64,000 bases of DNA from Pyrinomonadaceae bacterium (GTDB taxonomy: Bacteria > Acidobacteriota > Blastocatellia > Pyrinomonadales > Pyrinomonadaceae). Both the position numbers and the translations under genes were made by a program. Positions 31,279-39,525 of the stretch are shown one piece after another (the first letter of the stretch is position 1; the number at the start of each line of letters is the position of its first letter). The stretch covers positions 1-64,000 of the forward strand of contig JBKBYA010000011.1 in assembly GCA_046313635.1 (NCBI GenBank). The letters are read 5' to 3'. The notes under the pieces are model-generated. The model saw only the letters and a list, made by a program, of their open reading frames with translations, searched no databases and was not told the origin of the DNA.

Positions 31279-32523
31279 TTACTCCGCGTAACGTTTGAAT
31301 ATCAAACACGCATTTGTGCCGCCAAATCCGAAGCTGTTCGAGAGCACATATTCGACGGCCTCGTCCCGCGGGGCGTTCGGTACGTAATCGAGGTCGCAGT
31401 CCGGGTCGGGCGTCTCGTAATTGATGGTCGGCGGCAGCTTCTCTTGGTGAAGTGCGAGCACCGAAAATACCGCCTCGATGCCGCCGGCCGCGCCGAGCGC
31501 GTGTCCGGTCATCGATTTGGTCGAGCTCACGGCGAGCCCGTTCTTGGCGTGCTCGCCAAAGACCTGCTTGATCGCGAGCGTCTCAAACTTGTCGTTGTAC
31601 GGCGTCGAGGTGCCGTGAGCGTTGATATAGCCGATCTGCGAGGGCTCGATGCCGGCGTCCTTAATGGCACGCTCCATCACGCGGATCGCACCGGAGCCGG
31701 TCTCGTCGGGCATCGTCACGTGAAACGCGTCGCCGCTCATTCCGTAGCCGACGATCTCGGCGTAGATCCTCGCTCCGCGCGCCTTCGCATGCTCGAGCTC
31801 CTCGAGGATCAGGATGCCCGCGCCTTCGCCGATCACAAATCCGTCTCGCCCGGCGTCGAAGGGGCGCGACGCTCGCTTCGGCTCGTCGTTGCGGGTCGAC
31901 AGCGCACGCATCGACGCAAAGCCCGCGACCGACATCGGCGTGATCGCGCTCTCGGCCCCGCCGCAGATCATCGCGTCGGCATCGCCTCGCTCGATCAGCC
32001 GAAAGCTGTCGCCGATCGCGTGCGCGCCGGCAGAGCATGCGGTCGCGGTGGCGGAGTTTGGCCCTTTGGCTCCGTGACGGATCGAGACGTTGCCGGAGGC
32101 CAAATTGACGATCGCCGAGACGATAAAGAAAGGCGACACCCGGTCGGGCCCGGAGTTGAGCAGCTTTTCATGCTCGCGCTCGATCGCCCAAAAATCGCCG
32201 ATGCCCGAGCTGATATAGGTGCCGACCATATCGGCATTAGAATCGTCGATCACCAGCCCGCTGTCCTTGATCGCCTCATCCGAGGCCGCGATGGCGAAAT
32301 GAGTAAACGCTCCCATCCGCCGCGCTTCCTTTTTGTCGAGGAAGTTGAGCGGATCAAAGTGTTTGACCTCGCAGGCAAACTTCACCGGGAAATTCTCGGT
32401 ATCGAACTTCTTGATGTAATCGGCACCGTTCTCGCCTTTCATGAGTGCCTGCCAGGTCGACGGCACATCATTACCGCAAGGCGTGACCAGGCCGAGCCCG
32501 GTGACTACGACACGACGTTTCAT
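31279..32523 (-). CDS. fabF: 3-oxoacyl-ACP synthase II
   Basis: [40 protein letters not shown] and [10 protein letters not shown]. Start at ATG 32523. Confidence 0.97.
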   Translation of the reverse strand: MKRRVVVTGLGLVTPCGNDVPSTWQALMKGENGADYIKKFDTENFPVKFACEVKHFDPLNFLDKKEARRMGAFTHFAIAASDEAIKDSGLVIDDSNADMVGTYISSGIGDFWAIEREHEKLLNSGPDRVSPFFIVSAIVNLASGNVSIRHGAKGPNSATATACSAGAHAIGDSFRLIERGDADAMICGGAESAITPMSVAGFASMRALSTRNDEPKRASRPFDAGRDGFVIGEGAGILILEELEHAKARGARIYAEIVGYGMSGDAFHVTMPDETGSGAIRVMERAIKDAGIEPSQIGYINAHGTSTPYNDKFETLAIKQVFGEHAKNGLAVSSTKSMTGHALGAAGGIEAVFSVLALHQEKLPPTINYETPDPDCDLDYVPNAPRDEAVEYVLSNSFGFGGTNACLIFKRYAE

Positions 32524-32542
32524 AAGCGTGAATAAAAAAATC

Positions 32543-32596
32543 GTAGATCGTGAAGCGCAGCCGACGCCGAGCGCCGAGCTGCGTCTCACGATCTAC
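32543..32596. other. intercistronic stem-loop between acpP and fabF
   Basis: GTAGATCGTGA...CGCAGC / GCTGCG...TCACGATCTAC inverted repeat. Confidence 0.65.
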
Positions 32597-32604
32597 CAGA
32601 AACA

Positions 32605-32844
32605 CTAAGCCTGCTTGTGCTGCTCGACGTAAGCGTAGGCGTCGCGGACGCTCTGGATCTTTTCGGCGTCCTCGTCGGGGATCTCGATATCGAACTCCTC
32701 CTCAAAGCGCATCACGAGCTCAACGAGATCGAGCGAATCGGCGCCCAGATCTTCGATAAACCGCGCATTCTCGGTCACTTCGGCCTCGTCGACACCCAAC
32801 TCGTCAACAATGATCTGTTTGATCTTATCCTGAACTTCAGACAT
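32605..32844 (-). CDS. acpP: acyl carrier protein
   Basis: [14 protein letters not shown] phosphopantetheine motif; [16 protein letters not shown]. Confidence 0.98.
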   Translation of the reverse strand: MSEVQDKIKQIIVDELGVDEAEVTENARFIEDLGADSLDLVELVMRFEEEFDIEIPDEDAEKIQSVRDAYAYVEQHKQA

Positions 32845-32858
32845 ATCTTCTCCTGTTT

Positions 32859-33827
32859 CTATATCGTTTCTAGCGTACTTCGCAAACTGTCAAAACTATC
32901 GACATTCATCGTACGAACGTCGCGGTCGATCTGTCGAATCAGGCCCGAGAGCACCTTGCCCGGACCGATCTCGATAAATGTGTCGACGCCCGCGCCGATC
33001 AGGCTTTGGACCGATTGGAGCCAGCGGACGGGCGACGATACCTGCCGTGTCAATCTATCGGCGACGATCGAATGGTCGTCATTCGGCGCGGCGTCGACAT
33101 TGTGCACGACCGGAAATCTGAAATTACCATAGCTCAGCGCCGCGAGATCGCCGGCGAGACGTTCCTGCGCCGGCATCATCAGCGAGCAATGGAAAGGAGC
33201 CGAGACGTTGAGCTTGACGGCCCGCTTCGCGCCTTTGTTTTTCAAGATCTCGCACGCACGGTCGACCGCCTCCGCGTTGCCCGCTATGACGACCTGCGAC
33301 GGCGAGTTGATATTCGCAGGGCTGCAGACCTGCCCCTCGGCGGCCTCTTCGCAGCCGGCCGCGACCGAGTCAACATCGAGACCAAGTATCGCCGCCATTG
33401 CACCGACACCGACGGGCACGGCCTCCTGCATGTACGTGCCGCGATTGCGGACGGTCCGCACCGCGTCGGAAAAGTCGATCACGCCTGCGGCAACAAGTGC
33501 CGAATATTCGCCGAGGCTGTGACCGGCGGCAAACGCAGGCACTAATTCGCTCTCGGCCTGCATCGCCCTGTGTGCAGCCATCGATACGGTCAGGATCGCG
33601 GGCTGCGTGTTGGCCGTCAGTGCAAGATCTTCGTCGCTGCCGGCGAAGCACATCTCGGACAGCTTGAAGCCGAGCGCATCGTCGGCCTGCTCAAAAACCT
33701 CTCGCGTGGCTGCCGAATTATCAAACAGGTCCTTTCCCATCCCGACAGACTGGCTGCCCTGACCGGGAAAGATGACGGCGATTTTCGATTTGCGATCTTC
33801 GATTTGCGATTGGCTGCTGTTTGACAT
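32859..33827 (-). CDS. fabD: malonyl-CoA:ACP transacylase with repeat-derived N-terminal extension
   Basis: [28 protein letters not shown] and [11 protein letters not shown]. Confidence 0.97.
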   Translation of the reverse strand: MSNSSQSQIEDRKSKIAVIFPGQGSQSVGMGKDLFDNSAATREVFEQADDALGFKLSEMCFAGSDEDLALTANTQPAILTVSMAAHRAMQAESELVPAFAAGHSLGEYSALVAAGVIDFSDAVRTVRNRGTYMQEAVPVGVGAMAAILGLDVDSVAAGCEEAAEGQVCSPANINSPSQVVIAGNAEAVDRACEILKNKGAKRAVKLNVSAPFHCSLMMPAQERLAGDLAALSYGNFRFPVVHNVDAAPNDDHSIVADRLTRQVSSPVRWLQSVQSLIGAGVDTFIEIGPGKVLSGLIRQIDRDVRTMNVDSFDSLRSTLETI

Positions 33828-33889
33828 AAACCACGCTGCGACCGCGATAACTCAAAGATCGCAGATCGCAAATTGAAAATCTAAAATCT
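33779..33889. repeat. inverted pair of heptamer tandem arrays at the fabH-fabD junction
   Basis: CGATTTT CGATTTG CGATCTT CGATTTG CGATTGG (33779-33813) and AAGATCG CAGATCG CAAATTG AAAATCT AAAATCT (33855-33889). Confidence 0.8.
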
Positions 33890-34867
33890 CACAAGCGTTC
33901 CGCCCCATGTGACGCCGCCGCCGAACGCCGTGAGCAGGACGAGGCTTCCCTCTCTGATCTTGCCCGACTGGATGCACTCGTCGATCGCGATGGGTATTGA
34001 CGCCGACGACGTATTGCCGTGCTCGGCGATATTCGAATAGACCTTTTCCTCAGGCACGCCAAGCCGCTGCGCGACCGCGTCGGTGATGCGCTGGTTTGCC
34101 TGATGAGGGATGACGAGATCGACGTCGTCGACGGTGTAGCCGGCCTTTGCGAGCATCTCGGCGGAGATGTCGGCCATCGAGCGCACGGCGACCTTAAAGA
34201 GCTCGTTGCCCTTCATCTTAAAAAAATGCATCCGGTTGTCGATCGTCTCGTGCGTCGTGCCGAGCTTTGTGCCGCCGCCGGGAGCGTAGAGCTGCTCCTC
34301 GTAGCGGCCGTCGGAGCGGATCTTGGTCGCGAGGATCCCCTTGCCTTCCGGCACCGGCCCGACGACCGCGGCCCCGGCACCGTCGCCAAAGATCACGCAG
34401 GTCGAGCGGTCGGTGTAGTCGACGTACTTGGTCAGCACCTCGGCGCCGATCACGAGCGCGTACTTGATCTGCTCGGTGCGGATCATCGACTCGACCATCG
34501 TCAGGCCGTACAAAAAGCCGGAGCAAGCTGCAAAGACGTCCATTCCCGCCGCATTCGTCGCGCCGATCTGCGCTTGGATCAGTGCGCCGGTCGACGGCAT
34601 GATCTGGTCGGGCGTCGTCGTCGCGCAGAGGATGATGTCGATGTCGGTCGGCTGCAGGCCCGCAGCCTCGAGAGCCTTCAACGCCGCCGCCGAACCGAAC
34701 TGCGAGGTGTACTCATTCTCGGCAGCCTTATGGCGCTGCTTTATGCCCGTCCGGGTCGTGATCCACTCGTCGCTCGTCTCGACGATCTTTTCCAGATCGG
34801 CATTCGTCAGGATGCCTTCCGGATAAGAGTGCCCCATCCCGATGATGCCGGCGTTGACTGTGGTCAT
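33881..34867 (-). CDS. fabH: 3-oxoacyl-ACP synthase III
   Basis: TSDEWITTRTGI, AACSGF, IFGDGAGA, PHQANQRI and GNTSSASIP. Confidence 0.97.
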   Translation of the reverse strand: MTTVNAGIIGMGHSYPEGILTNADLEKIVETSDEWITTRTGIKQRHKAAENEYTSQFGSAAALKALEAAGLQPTDIDIILCATTTPDQIMPSTGALIQAQIGATNAAGMDVFAACSGFLYGLTMVESMIRTEQIKYALVIGAEVLTKYVDYTDRSTCVIFGDGAGAAVVGPVPEGKGILATKIRSDGRYEEQLYAPGGGTKLGTTHETIDNRMHFFKMKGNELFKVAVRSMADISAEMLAKAGYTVDDVDLVIPHQANQRITDAVAQRLGVPEEKVYSNIAEHGNTSSASIPIAIDECIQSGKIREGSLVLLTAFGGGVTWGGTLVRF

Positions 34868-34909
34868 TGGTAATGAATTAGAGCTTAAACCTTTGAGAAC
34901 TTCAAAAGC

Positions 34910-35095
34910 CTATTCGGACGTCTTTGTGTCGATGATCTGACGGCCCTTATACGTTCCGGTCTTTGCGTCGATGCGGTGCGGCACCTTTGCCTCGCCCGTG
35001 TCCTTATCGATGTAGAACTGCGGGACGGCCAGAGCGTCGTGAGCGCGGCGCTGGCGCGTGCGCGATTTGGAGTGTCGTCGTTTTGGATTAGGCAT
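34910..35095 (-). CDS. rpmF: 50S ribosomal protein L32 (cysteine-free variant)
   Basis: MPNPKRRHSKSRTRQRRAH...PHR...G.YKGRQ; canonical position after yceD. Confidence 0.93.
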   Translation of the reverse strand: MPNPKRRHSKSRTRQRRAHDALAVPQFYIDKDTGEAKVPHRIDAKTGTYKGRQIIDTKTSE

Positions 35096-35148
35096 AACTT
35101 ACCTCTTATAACCTCTATTTGATCTCTGCCGACCCGCTCGGGCCGAAT

Positions 35149-35661
35149 TCACTTCAGTTCTTTCAATGCTGCCCAGCGAGGGTCGATATCGGCGGCGTCG
35201 CATCCGCAGTCGCCCTCGTTAAGGTTTTGCCCGCACCGCTCGCAGAGGCCTCTGCAATCCTCGCGGCAAAAGGTCTGCTCGGGCAAGTTGAGCAGCACCT
35301 GCTCGCGGGCGATCTCGTTCAGGTCGACCTCCTCGCCCGTCAGCACGTCGGCCTTAAGGTCGGCCGGATCGAGCTGCAGTTCCCTCTCGCTCGAGACATT
35401 TGCCGGGTCCACGAAGCTGACCTCAAACTCCACCTCGACCCGCGTCGTCACCGCGGTCAGGCACCGCGTGCAGTCGATATCGAGCACTGTGGCGATCGCG
35501 CCTTCAAGCTGAACGCCCGCTGCGTCTCTGCGTGCTCGACCTCGCACTTGGGTATCGTCCGCAATGGCGACTCCAGCGGTCTCGAGGTCTATCTCGCCGG
35601 CCGTGATCAGGTACTGGAACTCCCGCGGGTGCGGTCCGAGCTTGGCCACTTCCAACAGCAT
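35149..35661 (-). CDS. yceD: DUF177/YceD-family protein
   Basis: CTRCL, CREDCRGLCERCGQNLNEGDC and DPRWAALKEL; upstream of rpmF. Confidence 0.9.
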   Translation of the reverse strand: MLLEVAKLGPHPREFQYLITAGEIDLETAGVAIADDTQVRGRARRDAAGVQLEGAIATVLDIDCTRCLTAVTTRVEVEFEVSFVDPANVSSERELQLDPADLKADVLTGEEVDLNEIAREQVLLNLPEQTFCREDCRGLCERCGQNLNEGDCGCDAADIDPRWAALKELK

Positions 35662-35760
35662 TGTCAAACAGAATAAACCGTCAGCTTTTTCACCTCAAAA
35701 GGCAAAGCTCTAATTATAGCGGCCGACCTTGGCATGTCAAACACTTGCCATCGGCGTGGA

Positions 35761-36828
35761 TCAGGCGGCCGAACCGACTGCCTCGTCGATCGAATCATAT
35801 CCCCGGGCCGACACCATTTCGGCCAAACCGGCGTTTACCGCACCGGGGAAACCCGGCCCGCCGAAAACGAATCCGGTATAGGCCTGGACAAGCGACGCAC
35901 CGGCGGCGATCTTTTCAAAAGCGTCCGCGGCGTCGAATATTCCGCCGACGCCGATCACCGGCAGGCGGCCGGCGGCGATCTTTTGCACGGCGGCTACGAC
36001 CGATGTCGAACGCTCTCGCAGCGGGCGCCCGCTGATGCCGCCGGCACCCAGACTCTCGACATTCTGCGCAGCGAGGCCCTCACGAGAGACCGTCGTATTC
36101 GTCGCAATGAGACCGTCAATGCCGAGCTCGATACAGGCCTGCACGATGGATCGCAGTTCGTGCTCGGTCAGATCGGGCGCGATCTTGACCAGCAGCGGCC
36201 GCGGGGTCAACTGTTGGTTGCGGTCTTGTATCGCGGATAGGAGTTCTACAAGATTCTCCGATCGCTGGAGCTCTCTGAGGTTGGGCGTGTTTGGCGAAGA
36301 GACGTTGATCGCGACGTAATCCGCCAGCGGCTGGAGGATGTCGAATGCGGCGATGTAATTCGCCGCCGCGTCCTCGTTGTCGACATCCTTGTTGCGGCCT
36401 ATATTGACGCCGACGATGCAGCGGCGTTCGAGCTTTTCGAGACGGCGTGCCACCTCGACGGCCCCGTCATTATTGAAACCGAGACGGTTGAGGAGCGCCC
36501 CATCTTTCGGCAGGCGAAACAGTCTGGGCTTTTCGTTCCCGGGCTGCGGACGCAGCGTAACCGTACCGACCTCGACAAAACCAAACCCGAGTCCCGCAAG
36601 CTCATTGACGACCCTCGCGTTCTTATCAAACCCAGCCGCGACGCCAAGCGGATTATTGAATTCAAGCCCGAACCGCCGCAGCGGACCGATCCGCGGATCG
36701 ACCACGCGACCGCCCGCCCAAGGCCGCACGAGCCCGAGCTTCAGCGCTTCGAGACCGAGCTCGTGCGCCGTTTCGGCGGGCAGGCCGAAGAGGATCGGCC
36801 GAATGATCGTTTCGAAGACTCGCGACAC
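35761..36828 (-). CDS. pyrD: quinone-dependent dihydroorotate dehydrogenase
   Basis: NPLGVAAGFDKN, EVGTVT..PQPGN.KPRLFRL, NRLGFNNDG, NVSSPNTP and KIAPDL. Confidence 0.96.
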   Translation of the reverse strand: MSRVFETIIRPILFGLPAETAHELGLEALKLGLVRPWAGGRVVDPRIGPLRRFGLEFNNPLGVAAGFDKNARVVNELAGLGFGFVEVGTVTLRPQPGNEKPRLFRLPKDGALLNRLGFNNDGAVEVARRLEKLERRCIVGVNIGRNKDVDNEDAAANYIAAFDILQPLADYVAINVSSPNTPNLRELQRSENLVELLSAIQDRNQQLTPRPLLVKIAPDLTEHELRSIVQACIELGIDGLIATNTTVSREGLAAQNVESLGAGGISGRPLRERSTSVVAAVQKIAAGRLPVIGVGGIFDAADAFEKIAAGASLVQAYTGFVFGGPGFPGAVNAGLAEMVSARGYDSIDEAVGSAA

Positions 36829-36927
36829 GTTAAAGAAGCGTTATGTTAATTGAAACCACACGCGTTTCGGAAGTTTGGCCCTCTGTTTTGAACTTTAATT
36901 TACCCTTTGCTACGATTTCGAGGACAA

Positions 36928-37491
36928 ATGGCAGGCGAAATCAATCTCGTTGAAAAGTCGCGAATAATGGACGCGACGCATATGGAACGTGCGCTCGCTC
37001 GGCTCGCATCAGAGATCGTCGAGCACAATCACGGTGCCGAAGATCTCTATCTCGTCGGCATCCGCCGCCGCGGCGTCCCGCTCGCGGAACGCATCGCCGA
37101 CAAGATCCAGGCGCTCGAGGGCCAGCGGCCGCATTACGGGATCCTCGATATCACTCTCTACCGCGACGACCTCTCTACGGTCGGGGCCAAACCCATCGTC
37201 AACCGCACCGAGCTCGAAGACGACATCGACGACAAGGTCGTCGTACTCGTCGACGACGTTCTCTACACGGGCCGCACGATCCGCGCCGCGATGGACCAGC
37301 TGATGGATTTTGGCCGCCCGCGCAAGGTGCAGCTCGCCGTCCTCATCGACCGCGGCCGCGAACATCGCGAACTGCCGATCCAGGCAGACTTTGTCGGCAA
37401 GGTCGTCCCGACCAAGCAGACCGAGATCATCAAAGTGATGCTCCGAGACTTTGACGACGTAGAAGCCGTGGGCATCTTTGAGAGGCCGTAG
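36928..37491 (+). CDS. pyrR: pyr operon regulator / uracil phosphoribosyltransferase
   Basis: [33 protein letters not shown] and [12 protein letters not shown]. Confidence 0.96.
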   Translation: MAGEINLVEKSRIMDATHMERALARLASEIVEHNHGAEDLYLVGIRRRGVPLAERIADKIQALEGQRPHYGILDITLYRDDLSTVGAKPIVNRTELEDDIDDKVVVLVDDVLYTGRTIRAAMDQLMDFGRPRKVQLAVLIDRGREHRELPIQADFVGKVVPTKQTEIIKVMLRDFDDVEAVGIFERP

Positions 37492-37493
37492 AT

Positions 37494-37525
37494 TTGCGGA
37501 TCGCGGATTTCGGATTGCGGATTGC
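37494..37525 (+). repeat. heptamer tandem array (TTGCGGA-type), left flank of the four-helix-bundle gene
   Basis: TTGCGGA TCGCGGA TTTCGGA TTGCGGA TTGC. Confidence 0.85.
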
Positions 37526-37526
37526 T

Positions 37527-37883
37527 ATGACTCAAGACGAATTAAAACGCAGCACGAAAGCATTCGTACTTAGGGTCGTTAGTCTTGCCGAATCGTTCCC
37601 CGCGACATATCTGGGTAAACACATTGCCAGTCAACTCACACGCTCCGGCACCTCCGTTCCGGCCAATTATCGAGCCGCGTGTCGCGCCAGATCTCTGGCG
37701 GACTTCATTGCCAAAATGGGGATTGTCGAGGAGGAGGCTGATGAGTCCGCATTTTGGATAGAATTCGCCGTCGATTCAGCTCTAGTCAGGCCGGAAAGGG
37801 TCGCCGACCTTCTGGATGAGGCGAACCAACTTGTTGCGATCTTCGTCTCGTCCATCAACACCGCCCGCGGCAGAAAAAGATGA
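37527..37883 (+). CDS. four-helix-bundle protein (23S rRNA IVP / bAvd-like family)
   Basis: [46 protein letters not shown] and [12 protein letters not shown] pattern. Confidence 0.9.
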   Translation: MTQDELKRSTKAFVLRVVSLAESFPATYLGKHIASQLTRSGTSVPANYRAACRARSLADFIAKMGIVEEEADESAFWIEFAVDSALVRPERVADLLDEANQLVAIFVSSINTARGRKR

Positions 37884-38908
37884 GTTCGGAATCTCAAATC
37901 CGCGATCCGCGATCCGCGATCCGCAATTCAACGGAGAAGCCTTTCCGTCGACGCGACCTTCTCGGAATCCGCGACCTTACGCCCGCGGACATCACGGGCA
38001 TTCTCGACACGGCCGAGAATTTTCGTGAGATCAACGCCCGCGAGATCAAAAAGGTACCGGCGCTTCGCGGCAAGACGGTGATCAATCTCTTTTTCGAGAA
38101 TTCGACCCGCACGCGCACGTCGTTTGAGCTCGCCGCCAAACGTCTCTCGGCCGACGCCGTGAATATCAGCGTCTCGACCTCGAGCGTCGCAAAGGGCGAA
38201 ACGCTTATCGACACCGCTCTCAATCTCGACGCGATGGCACCGGACGCGATCGTCGTTCGTCACGGGTCGGCGGGCGTGCCGCATCAGCTCGCAAAGGTCA
38301 GCAAGGCCGCGATCATCAACGCCGGCGACGGCGCCAACGAACATCCGACGCAGGCCCTGCTCGACGCGATGACGATCCGCGAGCACAAGGGCACGATCGC
38401 GGGCCTCGAGGTCGCGATCGTCGGCGACATCCTCCACAGCCGCGTCGCTCGTTCGAACATTCACCTGCTGACCAAGCTCGGCGCGACGGTTCGCGTCGCC
38501 GGCCCCGGCACACTCGTACCGCCGGACTTTCAGTATTTGATCCGAGATTCAAATCCGAAATCCGAAATCCAAAATCCGAAATTGACCGTCGCTCCAACCG
38601 TCGAAGACGCCATCCGCGACGCCGACGTCGTGATGATCCTCCGCATCCAGCGCGAGCGTCAGGACTCGGCTTACTTCCCGACGCTCCGCGAGTACTCGAT
38701 CCACTACGGCCTGACCAACGAGCGTCTCGATCTCGCCAAAAAAGACGCCATTGTCCTGCATCCCGGCCCGATGAACCGCGGTATCGAGATCGCCTCCGAA
38801 GTCGCCGACAGCTCGCGCTCGCTGATCCTCGACCAGGTCAAATACGGCGTCGCGGTGCGAATGGCGGTTCTGTACCTCGCGACGGGAGGCTCACCGTCGA
38901 GTGAATAG
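37880..38908 (+). CDS. pyrB: aspartate carbamoyltransferase catalytic subunit, with repeat-derived insertions
   Basis: [49 protein letters not shown] and HPGPMNRG. Confidence 0.97.
   Translation: MSSESQIRDPRSAIRNSTEKPFRRRDLLGIRDLTPADITGILDTAENFREINAREIKKVPALRGKTVINLFFENSTRTRTSFELAAKRLSADAVNISVSTSSVAKGETLIDTALNLDAMAPDAIVVRHGSAGVPHQLAKVSKAAIINAGDGANEHPTQALLDAMTIREHKGTIAGLEVAIVGDILHSRVARSNIHLLTKLGATVRVAGPGTLVPPDFQYLIRDSNPKSEIQNPKLTVAPTVEDAIRDADVVMILRIQRERQDSAYFPTLREYSIHYGLTNERLDLAKKDAIVLHPGPMNRGIEIASEVADSSRSLILDQVKYGVAVRMAVLYLATGGSPSSE
37890..37928 (+). repeat. heptamer tandem array (GATCCGC-type), inverted relative to 37494-37525, inside the pyrB 5' end
   Basis: AATCTCA AATCCGC GATCCGC GATCCGC GATCCGC AATT. 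Confidence 0.85.
38539..38583 (+). repeat. in-frame heptamer array (ATCCGAA-type) inside pyrB
   Basis: ...ATCCGAA ATCCGAA ATCCAAA ATCCGAA ATT, encoding [15 protein letters not shown]. Confidence 0.8.
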
Positions 38909-39140
38909 CATCTTCGAGCTCGTTGGCGAGATATCCGAGATCGAGACGATCGCCGTCGGAGCTCGCATTCGAGAAATAGAAGTTCTCAATACGCGATACG
39001 GCAAGGGCCGTTGGCGAAAACTGAAAGGTAAGGCATTTGTCAGACTTCAAAATGGTAAAATGCGGCTTGCTGAAATTCACTGGTACGAGGCTCACGGCAT
39101 CGGCCGTCGAAAAATGAAGATCAAACGATTCCTTGATTGA
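38901..39140 (+). CDS. small basic hypothetical protein (putative toxin-like component)
   Basis: 79 aa, Arg/Lys-rich, motif WRKLKG...[15 protein letters not shown] start overlaps the pyrB stop. Confidence 0.8.
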   Translation: MNSIFELVGEISEIETIAVGARIREIEVLNTRYGKGRWRKLKGKAFVRLQNGKMRLAEIHWYEAHGIGRRKMKIKRFLD

Positions 39141-39143
39141 CCT

Positions 39144-39368
39144 ATGAACGCGACCGACCATAATTTCGTGCTCTGCATCGACAGCGGCGGTTCAGACGAC
39201 CTTGAGGTCCGTAAAGTTTACGAGACCATTCCGGACGAAAATGCGGCCCGGGACGGCTACCTGAGGGTCGTCGACGAATCAGGCGAAGATTACCTCTATC
39301 CCTCAGATCTCTTTTCCCCAATCGAATTAACAAAAGAGGTACGCGACAACCTAATGAGCGCCGCTTAA
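39144..39368 (+). CDS. small acidic hypothetical protein (putative antitoxin/immunity component)
   Basis: 74 aa, Asp/Glu-rich, motif KVY...RVVDESGEDYLYP; starts 3 bp after the preceding stop. Confidence 0.8.
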   Translation: MNATDHNFVLCIDSGGSDDLEVRKVYETIPDENAARDGYLRVVDESGEDYLYPSDLFSPIELTKEVRDNLMSAA

Positions 39369-39390
39369 ATAGATGGGGTTTTCTATTTCG

Positions 39391-39423
39391 CGGACGGCGG
39401 TCTTATATCTCGCGACCGGAGGA
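39391..39423 (+). repeat. diverged second copy of the pyrB 3' end
   Basis: CGG ACG GCG GTC TTA TAT CTC GCG ACC GGA GGA ([11 protein letters not shown]) versus 38858-38890 ([11 protein letters not shown]); 25/33 nt identical. Confidence 0.8.
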
Positions 39424-39441
39424 CATATCGGCAGCGTTCAG

Positions 39442-39516
39442 TGTCGGTAGCCCGCACGTAAGTAAGGGCTCATCGCTGCACCAATCGAGCCCTTACTTGC
39501 GTGCGGGCTACTGACA
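39442..39516. repeat. REP/REPIN-like inverted doublet (GTAG-containing)
   Basis: 30-bp arms TGTCGGTAGCCCGCACGTAAGTAAGGGCTC and GAGCCCTTACTTGCGTGCGGGCTACTGACA, 2 mismatches, 15-bp spacer. Confidence 0.8.
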
Positions 39517-39525
39517 GAAAGAGAA

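Noticed and set aside
36824..36851. dif-like site (TTATGTTAATT resembling a XerD arm)
   Set aside because: The putative XerC arm GACACGTTAAA matches poorly, and the site overlaps the pyrD start in a divergent promoter region.
36829..36927. PyrR attenuator upstream of pyrR or pyrD
   Set aside because: No ARUCCNGNGAGGYU binding loop or terminator/antiterminator pair is visible in the 99-bp gap.
37527..37883. Diversity-generating retroelement suggested by the Avd-like fold
   Set aside because: No reverse transcriptase and no template/variable repeat pair with adenine-specific mismatches was seen.
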